Below, in pieces: positions 55,309 to 64,000 of a DNA stretch of 64,000 nucleotides (positions are counted from its first letter, which is position 1; each line of letters begins with the position of its first letter). Below the pieces are notes generated by a model. That model was not told the DNA's origin, searched no databases, and saw only the letters and a list, made by a program, of their open reading frames with translations. The stretch covers positions 736,001 to 800,000 of the forward strand of contig CAVVLO010000002.1 in assembly GCA_963749155.1 (NCBI GenBank), given 5' to 3'. Source of the DNA: an uncultured Armatimonadia bacterium. GTDB taxonomy: Bacteria > Armatimonadota > Zipacnadia > CAVVLO01. A program made the translations under genes and the position numbers.

Positions 55309-57269
55309 ACCTCGTCGGTCACATCGCCCTGCAGTTGCGGTGGCCGTGGCCTGGTGGAAGGCCGGTGGCGTATGGCCCGCGTGGTGGGTGTCAGCCGGCG
55401 TTCAGGCAGCGGTACTGCGGACTCCAGGAGCTCAACAAGAGGCCTGCCCTCGCTTTGGGCGGGCGCCGGTAGCCCTGCCAGTGCCGCCAGCGTAGGCGCT
55501 ACATCGGTCGTGCAGAAGCGCGCCTGGTCGAGTTTGGGCACTCTGGTCGCCTTAACGCCCGGCCCAGCCAGCACCAGCGCGCCCAGCACCGAAGTCGTCT
55601 CGGTCTCGTAGGTGGGGATCATCGGCCCGTGGTTGCCGCCTCCGCTCGGGAAGACGACCCGCGACTCGCCCATCGCCAGCACCTCGGGCCCCGACCAGCG
55701 GTACCCACCGCTGTAGCAGAAGACAATATCGCCCAGATAGTCGCCCCACAGGCCGACCATCGGAGCGTCCTCGCGTAGCAATACGAAGGCGAAGACATGC
55801 TCGCCGGTGTCGGGGTCGCGCAGACTTTTCAACTCCTCGAGGAGGGTCTTCCGCAGCCCTTCGTATTCTTCCATCGGCACAAGACCGCCCTCATCGCGGC
55901 CTTGCAGGTTGATCCAAAGGTGGTTCTGCACGAAGAAGACCTGACTTGCCGCCCAATCCAGACTTTTTCCATCAGGGGTCGCTGTCACCCAGCCTTTTGG
56001 CAGGAAGGCGTTGACGAGTGAGACCGCGGCCTTGTTGCCCGGACTGCCGTGATCGGAGACAACTGCGAATACATCCTCTTCCAGATCGAACTGGGCGAGG
56101 AACTCTCCCACCAGGCGGTCGGCGGCCTGATAATAACCGCGAAGCAGTGCCCAGTTTGACTCGAGGTTAGCCTCATCCCAATCGTGGGCGGTAGGGTCGA
56201 TTGCGCCTGTGAGCGCATGGCCAGCAAAGTCGAGTGGATGCCAGTGCAGCACCAGGAGGCGCGCATCGGTCTCATCCATCGCAAGCCGGGCTGCCCGTGC
56301 CCACCAAGTCGCTTCCTGTGCCATCAGTTCATCTAGTGTGGCCCAATCGAGGCCGAAGTGGCGCTCCAGATGGCAACTTGAGGCTGAGTGGACGTAAGGG
56401 CCGACCCCGGTGTCCAGTAAACGGCCGACCTTCACATCCGAACAAAGGGCGCCAGGCTTCGGGAAGGCGTCGGTGCGGAAGAGCCTTATCCTACTGCCAT
56501 CGGAGGCGAGCTCCAGCAGCTTGAAGCGGAAGGCGCCCTCGACCTGCTGGCCTTCCAAAACGAATTCGCCTTTCAGCCAGTCGCTCCACTGTCCGACAAA
56601 AAGCTCCGCGATAACCGTGTCCAGGCGCTTTTCACGACAGAGGGTGATCCGGTCATAGCTGTCGCCCATGCCCCAGACCAGCAGGTGCAGCCTGGGGCCC
56701 TCTCCAGCCTCGGATGGCACAATCTCGACCTCGGCCTCAAGGGCGTTTGGCGAGGGCAACCTCCCCCAGCAAGTGGCAGGGGCAAGCTCAAGCGGATCGG
56801 TGGTGGCAAGCTCTGGGCAGTTGTGGTAGACCGTCGCCCCAGCCAGGTCAAAATAGGAACGCGATGGGCTGAATAACCAGTCGATGAAGACTGCCGAATC
56901 GGTCGTCGGCGGGTAGCCGGCGTAGTTCATCACCACACTGCGCGCGCCGGCGCGGGCCGCGGCCTCCCAGATATATTCAGCCCGGCACAGCCCCGAGTTG
57001 AAGGCCTCCTCGCGGTGGTATTCCGAGACCAACTCGCCCGGCAAGTGAGAGCCCCACTGTACGATGCCGTGCCCACCGGGCGTTGCGCCAGTGGCCAGTG
57101 TCGTCCAGTTGGTTGGCGTCTGGGCGGGGATGACAGGCCGGATGCGCGTGAAGCAGCCTCGCTCGGCAAGCCGCGCCAGGTTGGGCATCGCCCCCTCGGC
57201 GAAAAAGCGCTCCACCACATTGGGTACCATCCCGTCCAGTCCAATCATCAGCGTGCGGCGCGCGGCCAT
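55305..57269 (-). CDS. Alkaline phosphatase superfamily (nucleotide pyrophosphatase/phosphodiesterase)
   Basis: IGLDG, G.MPNL, TPTNWTTLATGA.PG.HGI, VSDHG, GNHG, DVAPT. Confidence 0.88.
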   Translation of the reverse strand: MAARRTLMIGLDGMVPNVVERFFAEGAMPNLARLAERGCFTRIRPVIPAQTPTNWTTLATGATPGGHGIVQWGSHLPGELVSEYHREEAFNSGLCRAEYIWEAAARAGARSVVMNYAGYPPTTDSAVFIDWLFSPSRSYFDLAGATVYHNCPELATTDPLELAPATCWGRLPSPNALEAEVEIVPSEAGEGPRLHLLVWGMGDSYDRITLCREKRLDTVIAELFVGQWSDWLKGEFVLEGQQVEGAFRFKLLELASDGSRIRLFRTDAFPKPGALCSDVKVGRLLDTGVGPYVHSASSCHLERHFGLDWATLDELMAQEATWWARAARLAMDETDARLLVLHWHPLDFAGHALTGAIDPTAHDWDEANLESNWALLRGYYQAADRLVGEFLAQFDLEEDVFAVVSDHGSPGNKAAVSLVNAFLPKGWVTATPDGKSLDWAASQVFFVQNHLWINLQGRDEGGLVPMEEYEGLRKTLLEELKSLRDPDTGEHVFAFVLLREDAPMVGLWGDYLGDIVFCYSGGYRWSGPEVLAMGESRVVFPSGGGNHGPMIPTYETETTSVLGALVLAGPGVKATRVPKLDQARFCTTDVAPTLAALAGLPAPAQSEGRPLVELLESAVPLPERRLTPTTRAIRHRPSTRPRPPQLQGDVTDEV

Positions 57270-57288
57270 ATCGCTCACCTCTGGAAGG

Positions 57289-57723
57289 TCACTTATCGAG
57301 TAACTCTGGCAGTTGCTCTACAAAGACTTTTATTTCATCCCTTACCCGGCGATAGTGGGCAAGGGCTTCTTCCTCGCTCGAGGCGCCTTCGGCCAGCTTA
57401 GGTGGATCATCAAAGCCAAAATGGCGGCGTTTCGTCTTGCCAGGGAAGAGCGGGCAGTTCTCCTCCGCGTTGCCGCAGACAGTCACTACATAGTCGAATT
57501 CCATGTCGGGCAGGTCGTCGATGGCTTTTGAAGTATGGCCGGAGATATCAATTCCAACCTCTGCCATTACCTTCACCGCGCGCGGGTCCACTCCTTTGGG
57601 TGTCAAACCTGCCGAGTAAACCTCGAACAGGTCACCTTTCAGCGCGAGAGTCCAGCCCTCGGCCATCTGGGAGCGACAGGAGTTGCCTGTGCAAAGAAAG
57701 AGCAGTGTCAGTTTGTCTGTCAT
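57289..57723 (-). CDS. arsC: Thioredoxin-type arsenate reductase (LMW-PTP family)
   Basis: CTGNSCRSQMAEG, VTVC..A.E.CP, FDDP, RVRDEI. Confidence 0.9.
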   Translation of the reverse strand: MTDKLTLLFLCTGNSCRSQMAEGWTLALKGDLFEVYSAGLTPKGVDPRAVKVMAEVGIDISGHTSKAIDDLPDMEFDYVVTVCGNAEENCPLFPGKTKRRHFGFDDPPKLAEGASSEEEALAHYRRVRDEIKVFVEQLPELLDK

Positions 57724-57887
57724 TACTAGTTACCTCGTCTTGAGTTTGATGACCTCGGACTACCTGGCCTGGCTCTACCGGAGCAGAAGGCTGGTTTGGT
57801 CACCTCATCAGTTTATCAAGGCGTTGTTAGCATACTGTTAAACTTGTCAAAAGGGCTTCCTGCTTGCCTTCAGAAGGCCTTTTTGCG

Positions 57888-57917
57888 TTGACCTATCAAA
57901 AAGAACACGAGTATAAT
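57888..57917 (+). promoter_or_regulatory. Sigma70 promoter TTGACC-N18-TATAAT for hppA
   Basis: Near-consensus hexamers 100 nt upstream of the hppA start. Confidence 0.7.
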
Positions 57918-58017
57918 GCCGAGGGTTTTGCTGGTCATCTGGCGGCCCGGTCAAAACGGTAACGATCCGGCGAGCGCAGGCGTCGCCGGTTCTCATTTCA
58001 CTGGGAGTGTGGTATAG

Positions 58018-60318
58018 ATGCCCGAGCATGCAGCGCAGGTCGCGGCAGGCCAAGGTCATGCCGTCAATCTGCCCGACTTCACCTCAACGGAGACGACTAT
58101 CCTCTGGGTAGTGCTTTTCTCCGCCTTCGTTGCACTAGCGTATGGCCTTTACCTGGTTCGCAAGGTAATGAGCCAGTCTACTGGAACCCCCGAGATGGCT
58201 GAAGTGGCAGCAGCCATCCAGGAGGGCGCGGCAGCCTATCTGGCCAAGCAGTTCAAAGTGCTGCTGGTCTTTATTGTTGTCCTCTCTATCGGCCTCTATT
58301 TTATGTACAAGCCCGTCTATCCTGAACAGCCACTGCTTGCCATGGGCATTGCCATAGCCTTCGTCCTGGGCGTCCTGGCGAGCTTCGGCGCTGGCTATTT
58401 CGGTATGTGGCTTGCCGTAAGGGCTAATGTGCGCACTGCGGCCGCGGCCCTGACCAGCTACAAGCAAGCCCTCGAGACCGCCTTCAGCGCTGGCACAGTT
58501 TCGGGTATGTTCACCATCGGTTTCGGCCTGCTGGGTGCGACCATCATTTTCATGATTTTCCAGCAGGACGCAATGAAGGTCCTGGTTGGTTTCGGATTCG
58601 GAGGCTGCCTCGCCGCGCTGTTTATGCGTATCGGCGGAGGCATCTACACCAAAGCCGCTGACGTTGGCGCCGACCTGGTCGGTAAAGTCGAGGCCGGGAT
58701 CCCCGAGGACGACCCGCGCAACGCCGCTACCATCGCCGACAACGTAGGCGACAACGTAGGCGACTGCGCTGGTATGGCCGCTGACGTGTTCGAGAGCTAT
58801 GAGGTCACTCTGGTCGCCGCCATCATCCTGGGCGCTGGCGCAAGTGCAAGCCACGCGGTCACCCCCGAGATGGCTATGAAGCTCATTATGTATCCGCTGC
58901 TTGTCCGGGCAGTTGGCGTTTTCGCCTCCATCTTCGGCACCTGGTTCGTTAAGGCCAAGGACATCGGTGACGATGAGGAAATAGGCAATCCAATGAAGCC
59001 TATTCAAATCGGCTTCTGGGCTTCGGCGCTGGCCTCTGTTGTAGGTTTCGGTATCATCGGCTGGGTGTATCTCAAGCCAGCGGTAGAAGGCGACCTCGAC
59101 CTGCGGCTTCCAGTTTTCATTGCCACACTGACCGGTATCGTCCTGGCTATGGTGATAGAGCTGCTCACCGACCACTACACCGCTGTGGAGAAGGGCCCTG
59201 TTACCGAGATAGCCTATTCGGCCAAGACAGGCCCCGCGACCATCATCCTGACTGGCCTGGCTATCGGGATGGAGAGCAGCGTCTGGTCCATCCTGGCTAT
59301 TGGCGTAACAGTGCTGGTCTCTTGGATCGCCTTCCATGGCACCCTGGCGCTGGCCGCTTATGGTATAGCCTTGTCGGGTCTCGGCCTGCTGACAACTACA
59401 GGCTTCATCCTGGCGATGGACACCTTCGGGCCTATCTCGGATAACGCCAATGGCATCTTCGAGATGTCCGGAGCCGAGGTCACCAAGAACGAGCGGGCCA
59501 GCAAGATCGTCGCCCGGCTCGATGCGGTAGGCAATACGACCAAAGCTCTGACCAAAGGCTTCGCCATCGCTACCGCGGTCATCGCGGCGATCGCCTTGTA
59601 CCGTTCTTACGGAGAAGAAGCCAAACTCCTGGAAGGCATCAAGCTGGACGATCCCGCAGTGTTCATCGGGCTGCTGATAGGCGGCGCCATCCCAATGCTG
59701 GTAAGCGCCTTCCTGATCCGCGCAGTCAGCCGGTCGGCTTTCGCCATCATCCAGGAAGTGCGCCGGCAGTTCCGTGAGATCGCAGGGCTGATGGAAGGCA
59801 AGGCTCGGCCCGAGTATGACAAGTGTGTCGCACTCGTAACGGCGGCCGCGCAGAAGGAACTCGTGGCGCCCGCTATCGTGGCAATCGCCGCGCCTATCCT
59901 GACCGCCTTCGCCCTGGGCGCTGGCGCTCTGGGCGGCTTCCTTGGTGGGGCAATCCTGTCGGGTCAGTTGCTTGCGGTCTTTATGAGCAACACTGGAGGC
60001 GCCTGGGACAATGCCAAGAAGAAGATTGAAGATGGCTTCCTGGGCGGCAAAGGCACCGATGAACACAAAGCCGCGGTGGTAGGTGACACCGTCGGCGATC
60101 CGCTCAAGGACACCGCTGGCCCTGCCCTCAACCCACTGATCAAGGTTATGAACCTGGTGGCTATCCTGATTGCGCCACTGGTAATCAAGCCCGAGATCGC
60201 GGATAACAACATCCTGCGCGCCGTTGTGACTGGCGCGATGGTCATCGCCTTCGTCATAGCGGTGGCCTGGAGCGGACGCGGCTCGCTTGCTGAAGAGGCC
60301 GAGAAGGTCTCCCAGTAA
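58018..60318 (+). CDS. hppA: Membrane-bound ion-translocating pyrophosphatase, K+-independent type
   Basis: GGGIYTKAADVGADLVGKVE, DNVGDNVGD, GNTTKA (Lys marks the K+-independent type), GGAWDNAKK, GDTVGDPLKD. Confidence 0.96.
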   Translation: MPEHAAQVAAGQGHAVNLPDFTSTETTILWVVLFSAFVALAYGLYLVRKVMSQSTGTPEMAEVAAAIQEGAAAYLAKQFKVLLVFIVVLSIGLYFMYKPVYPEQPLLAMGIAIAFVLGVLASFGAGYFGMWLAVRANVRTAAAALTSYKQALETAFSAGTVSGMFTIGFGLLGATIIFMIFQQDAMKVLVGFGFGGCLAALFMRIGGGIYTKAADVGADLVGKVEAGIPEDDPRNAATIADNVGDNVGDCAGMAADVFESYEVTLVAAIILGAGASASHAVTPEMAMKLIMYPLLVRAVGVFASIFGTWFVKAKDIGDDEEIGNPMKPIQIGFWASALASVVGFGIIGWVYLKPAVEGDLDLRLPVFIATLTGIVLAMVIELLTDHYTAVEKGPVTEIAYSAKTGPATIILTGLAIGMESSVWSILAIGVTVLVSWIAFHGTLALAAYGIALSGLGLLTTTGFILAMDTFGPISDNANGIFEMSGAEVTKNERASKIVARLDAVGNTTKALTKGFAIATAVIAAIALYRSYGEEAKLLEGIKLDDPAVFIGLLIGGAIPMLVSAFLIRAVSRSAFAIIQEVRRQFREIAGLMEGKARPEYDKCVALVTAAAQKELVAPAIVAIAAPILTAFALGAGALGGFLGGAILSGQLLAVFMSNTGGAWDNAKKKIEDGFLGGKGTDEHKAAVVGDTVGDPLKDTAGPALNPLIKVMNLVAILIAPLVIKPEIADNNILRAVVTGAMVIAFVIAVAWSGRGSLAEEAEKVSQ

Positions 60319-60345
60319 GTACCTGCTGGCTTCATCAAGCAACTC

Positions 60346-60379
60346 AAAGCCCCTCGGCCAACTGGCCGGGGGGCTTTTT
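60346..60379 (+). terminator. hppA terminator
   Basis: AGCCCCTCGGCCA/TGGCCGGGGGGCT stem followed by a T-tract. Confidence 0.85.
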
Positions 60380-60402
60380 CTGTTAAGTGAGAATCCTGAC
60401 TC

Positions 60403-60443
60403 AAAGGGGAGGGCGCCGGACTGGTATGCCCGGCGCCCTTTTT
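60403..60443. terminator. Second hairpin, likely terminator for convergent minus-strand gene
   Basis: AGGGCGCCGG/CCGGCGCCCT stem. Confidence 0.65.
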
Positions 60444-60472
60444 GCTCCCCAACTCCGCTTGCGGTGAAACTG

Positions 60473-61024
60473 TTACATAGGCATTGGCTGAGCCGGCTGA
60501 CCCTGTTGCTGGCGCCACTGCCTGAACTGACGCTGCTGACCATCCTGACCCATACCCATGCCCCCTTGGCCCATACCGCCCTGGCCCATTCCTGGGGCCA
60601 TTCCTGGACCCATCTGGCCTGGCATCATCATCGGCATCATCGGCATTGGCATCGGAGGCAACTCGACCTGATTCACAAGCTCGAGATTGCGAGCGTCGAA
60701 CTGGAACAGTGTATTGCCGCGCAGGATGTATACGAAGTCGTTGTTGACAGCGAGGGCAACTTGCCCACCCATCATTGGGCCCATCATCCCCATATTAGGG
60801 CCCATCATCATCCCGCCGCCCATCGGGCCCATGCCTTGCCCCATAGGCCCCTGGCCCATTGGACCTTGACCCATTGGCCCCATTGGCCCCATCGGACCTT
60901 GCTGCATTGGACCCATCTGGATAGGCTCCATCTGAACAGGCTCCATTACGACTTGAGCCCAGGCTCCGGCGGCGAGTGCCAGTGCAAGCGCCAGCACCGG
61001 AAGTACCAGGTAGTATCTTTTCAT
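60473..61024 (-). CDS. Secreted Met/Gly/Pro/Gln-rich protein with short folded core
   Basis: Signal peptide; (GPM/GQ)n repeats flank ALAVNNDFVYILRGNTLFQFDARNLELV. Confidence 0.75.
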   Translation of the reverse strand: MKRYYLVLPVLALALALAAGAWAQVVMEPVQMEPIQMGPMQQGPMGPMGPMGQGPMGQGPMGQGMGPMGGGMMMGPNMGMMGPMMGGQVALAVNNDFVYILRGNTLFQFDARNLELVNQVELPPMPMPMMPMMMPGQMGPGMAPGMGQGGMGQGGMGMGQDGQQRQFRQWRQQQGQPAQPMPM

Positions 61025-61145
61025 CTTCTACACCCCTTTCCTTATTGAACTGCGTTTACTTCAGATGCGATTACGGCTCTCGCCGGCTTGTCAAATACGG
61101 AGGGAGAGGGCCTTTTGTCGCGCCTTCTCCCTCCGGTAAAACTTC

Positions 61146-61547
61146 CTAGTTCCAGGGCCATGGGAGGTCGCGATCGTCACCGCTACGGCGGTCGTCATCT
61201 TCAAGCGACCTTGGCTTATAGTTAGGCAGCGTACGGGCATCGATAAACTTGAGGCTCTTGGCGTCGAACTGATAAACCGAGCCAGCCCGTATCAGGTAAA
61301 GGTAGCGTTCGTTGGAAGTCGCTATGATGTTGCTGCTGTTCCAGCTGGAGGTAGCCGCATACCTTGTCATCCCATCGTCTCCGACCAAAGTCAGGCCAGG
61401 ATCGCCGGCGGTAAGCGCGGCCAGTGCGCTCATACCCTCAAGGTCCGCTTTGGCCGAGTGCTGGGCCTGAAACCTGCCCCCATACCAGGCTCCAACTGCT
61501 ACGAGAACTAGCAACACTACAAACACCGCTACGTTCTTCTTGCTCAT
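61146..61547 (-). CDS. Small exported/membrane-anchored protein, paralog of 60473-61024 core
   Basis: N-terminal hydrophobic helix; IIATSNERYLYLIRAGSVYQFDAKSLKFI. Confidence 0.7.
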   Translation of the reverse strand: MSKKNVAVFVVLLVLVAVGAWYGGRFQAQHSAKADLEGMSALAALTAGDPGLTLVGDDGMTRYAATSSWNSSNIIATSNERYLYLIRAGSVYQFDAKSLKFIDARTLPNYKPRSLEDDDRRSGDDRDLPWPWN

Positions 61548-61670
61548 CCTGCTCAACCCCTTTAGCGCCGAAGCGCCTTGACCTGCATGAAGCTATATCT
61601 AGTAGACGGGCCAGCAAGTCAACAAGTTCAGTGACTTTTTTCTCGGTTCACCAGATAAGGATTGGCCAGG

Positions 61671-64000
61671 TCAGTTCCTTAGCAGCTTGATGACTGCGAC
61701 TCCATACGCAGGCAGGCTAAGCTGGAGACTGGCAACTTTACCTTTGGCTTCGCCCTCGCATCCCGAGAGCACAAGCCCCGCGAAAGACTCGAGGCCAACT
61801 TCCGCGGCAGTGAAAGCCAGCGTCCGCTCTACAGGCTGATTCGTCAGGTTGAAGACTGTCAACACAGTGCCTTCATCTGGCAGTGTATGGGCGTGGGTGT
61901 CCTCGGCCAGTCCGTAGAACTCTCCGCGCTTGAAGAAAGCCGCCAGTTCCTGATAGAGCGCCATCGAACGCTTGATCTGCTCCCAACTACGACCGTCCGC
62001 ATGGGTGCCCCCAATGCCCAGGTGACGACAGGTCGATGCGAACCACCACAGCGCCAGGCAGTGCTCATCCTGGGGCCGCAGGTCGATATGCAGATACATC
62101 GGCAGCCCATAGGCGAGGTTGTAATAATAAAGTGAGATAGCCCTGCCCGAGGTGATGTCGTAGAGTGGCCCCCACATAAATTCGTAGCCCCAGCGCTCGG
62201 TCCAGCTCTGGGCATCGTGCATATAGTACTGGGGACAGTAAGCGATAGGGCGGCCTGCCACGACCTGGTCATGCTCCTCGATGATGACGTCAGGATAGGC
62301 AGCGTGGACGTTGCGGGCGATCTCGGCGATCGCCCTGGCGTGGTCGTCGCGCGTATACGGCACTGGATGACCGTGATCTTTGGCGAAGCATGGCCCTGTC
62401 GGAGCAGAGCCATCGAACATCAGATAAGTCACACCGCCCCGGCACAGCTCAATTAGTCGGCGGCTTTGCTCGTCGATATAGGCGCGCGCGCCGCTGCAAA
62501 GCGCGTTGGTCACGACCTCACCGGCCTCGTCCACTCGCCACGCCTCAGATGGATAGGTAGTGCCCGCGCCGCCTCCACTCGCCCAGTCGGCAAGGGGAGT
62601 GTGAAGACTGACCTCCAGCTCGTACTCCTCGCGCATCCGGTGGCAAAACTCGTCCACGGTACCGAGCCGGGCCGCATCCCAGATATGCGTACCGAAGCTG
62701 GTATCCCAGCCCGGGTCGAGGTAGAGGGCCTCACAGTGAGCTTCGTGGGCTTTTTGGGCCTCCCAGAGGATATCTTCCAAACGATAGTATTTCGCGCGAT
62801 TCTCCGGACTGTCTGGCCCCCACCACAGCTTGTTGTCGTAGATCTCATTCCAGTGGACAGGTGGATTGAAGCCCTCTGGGATGCCATGCCCCTGCTCGGT
62901 CATAAACCGACGGAAGGCGTAATAACCCTGCCTGAGGTCACCCTCGTAGCTGTACCAGCGCGTAAGACCCCAATCGTAGCTTGCGCCTGACGCAAGCCAG
63001 CCGGCCTCCTCTGGGTCGCCGTGCCAGGTGCCGAAACCACCCAGCATCAGCTCGGTCCGCGAAGAATCGCCAGGGCCGATCAGGCTCCAGGCCAGATGCT
63101 CGTTTGAGTAGGTCAGCACCAGCGCGCCGCCTGTCTCATCCTGAAGCAGCCAGCCTTCGCTGCCTTTGTTTGTGGTCCGGGCGCGTTCGCCATGGTCGTG
63201 GGGGATATCTCTATATGCCCCCTGCTCGGACAATACCTGGAGCAAGTCGAAATCTTCATCGCTGCCGAGAGGTTCGAGGGGATCATGCCTCAGCGGCACA
63301 GCGATAAAACGCGTGGTGGCAAGCTCGGGCACAGGCAGCCCGCCGGAAACGGCTTGCCGAGCGAAACCGCATCTTAGCCCCGACAGGTTGGCCGGCTCCT
63401 CGCCCCCATTGCTTGTCACCAGGCGCTCTTCGAAGTAGCCCTCTCCCTTCGGAAAGTGTAGCGTGTGCCGGAACTGCACGCCTCCCTGGGCACCCGAGAT
63501 CGTCAGGGTGGCGCCAGACTCGTTTGTGGCAGGCTGGATCGAAGAAATCGCAAGCTCGCCCTCGCCGAAGTGATAGCGATAGGGTTTGTTGGCCAGCACT
63601 TTACTGGTGCGGCGGTCCAGCAGGAGGTCTACTCCCCCCTTGCCAAGGCGCGCCGCGAAGGCTTCGTTGCCAATCCACTGGCCCTCAGGGCTCTCCAGCA
63701 GGAAAGCGCCCGTCTTCGGCAGCCCGGTCAGAACCTCCGCCTGCTGCTGGACTACAAGCTCGGTGGTCAGCGCCACCTGCTCGGAGCGCAATTCGACCTG
63801 GAGCTTTGCGGCTTTGCCGGTAAGAGGGGCGCGCAATTCAAGCTCTCCAAGGGGCCATTGAAGCTCAGTTTCGGCAAGCTGGTTGCCTGACGCATCCAGC
63901 TCGCTGACAGTCACCTGCGCGGGGCCGATTGGATGTTTCACGGTCAATTTTAGAGTCTTGCTGCCAGCTTCGACAGGCCCAAGCAAGACCGGCTCGGTCC
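61671..64000 (-). CDS. Alpha-galactosidase-like (GH36/GH27-like TIM barrel) protein, 5' end outside window
   Basis: PVHWN, LYLDPGW, YLMFDG, P..IIE, GEFY motifs resembling clan GH-D barrels. Confidence 0.55.
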   Translation of the reverse strand, partial: TEPVLLGPVEAGSKTLKLTVKHPIGPAQVTVSELDASGNQLAETELQWPLGELELRAPLTGKAAKLQVELRSEQVALTTELVVQQQAEVLTGLPKTGAFLLESPEGQWIGNEAFAARLGKGGVDLLLDRRTSKVLANKPYRYHFGEGELAISSIQPATNESGATLTISGAQGGVQFRHTLHFPKGEGYFEERLVTSNGGEEPANLSGLRCGFARQAVSGGLPVPELATTRFIAVPLRHDPLEPLGSDEDFDLLQVLSEQGAYRDIPHDHGERARTTNKGSEGWLLQDETGGALVLTYSNEHLAWSLIGPGDSSRTELMLGGFGTWHGDPEEAGWLASGASYDWGLTRWYSYEGDLRQGYYAFRRFMTEQGHGIPEGFNPPVHWNEIYDNKLWWGPDSPENRAKYYRLEDILWEAQKAHEAHCEALYLDPGWDTSFGTHIWDAARLGTVDEFCHRMREEYELEVSLHTPLADWASGGGAGTTYPSEAWRVDEAGEVVTNALCSGARAYIDEQSRRLIELCRGGVTYLMFDGSAPTGPCFAKDHGHPVPYTRDDHARAIAEIARNVHAAYPDVIIEEHDQVVAGRPIAYCPQYYMHDAQSWTERWGYEFMWGPLYDITSGRAISLYYYNLAYGLPMYLHIDLRPQDEHCLALWWFASTCRHLGIGGTHADGRSWEQIKRSMALYQELAAFFKRGEFYGLAEDTHAHTLPDEGTVLTVFNLTNQPVERTLAFTAAEVGLESFAGLVLSGCEGEAKGKVASLQLSLPAYGVAVIKLLRN

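Noticed and set aside
58135..61048. 802-aa antisense ORF over hppA and His-rich ORF 60287-61048
   Set aside because: Shadow frames from codon bias; the His/Trp richness is just the reverse complement of Met/Pro codons in the real gene.

Overview
Bacterial chromosomal window of about 60% GC. An SLH-domain outer-membrane protein, a large DUF6785-type membrane protein, many secreted glycan-active proteins and a divergent 16S suggest an Armatimonadota-like diderm; this taxonomy is inference. The left half (1-28.5 kb) is mostly housekeeping: pyk end, ftsB-like gene, orphan motAB, Rrf2/iscS/nadA, three DUF362 paralogs plus a membrane polyferredoxin, trpF, an ECF sigma/anti-sigma pair, rpsT, the rib operon, htrA and an SLH porin. 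The centre holds a stand-alone 16S rRNA gene with its own promoter, processing stalks and terminator, and no 23S/5S. tRNA-Ala(CGC) lies 2.6 kb downstream. The right half is accessory and glycan-catabolic (GH29, GH172/DUF2961, GH95-like, sulfatase, beta-propellers), with an orphan glycyl-radical enzyme, an AT-richer winged-helix/PD-(D/E)xK nuclease, arsC, hppA and two small secreted paralogs. Many genes are split by single-base frameshifts, most likely long-read errors. Best leads: (1) all four Tat-like signals in the DUF362/polyferredoxin cluster read T-R-K instead of R-R; (2) the unlinked 16S has compensatory changes in near-universal helices that break common primers; (3) a recurring GCAGGA-N16/18-GAA promoter motif precedes catabolic genes; (4) the riboflavin synthase gene appears to start at CTG; (5) two small secreted proteins share a single-blade module, one inside Met-rich repeats.
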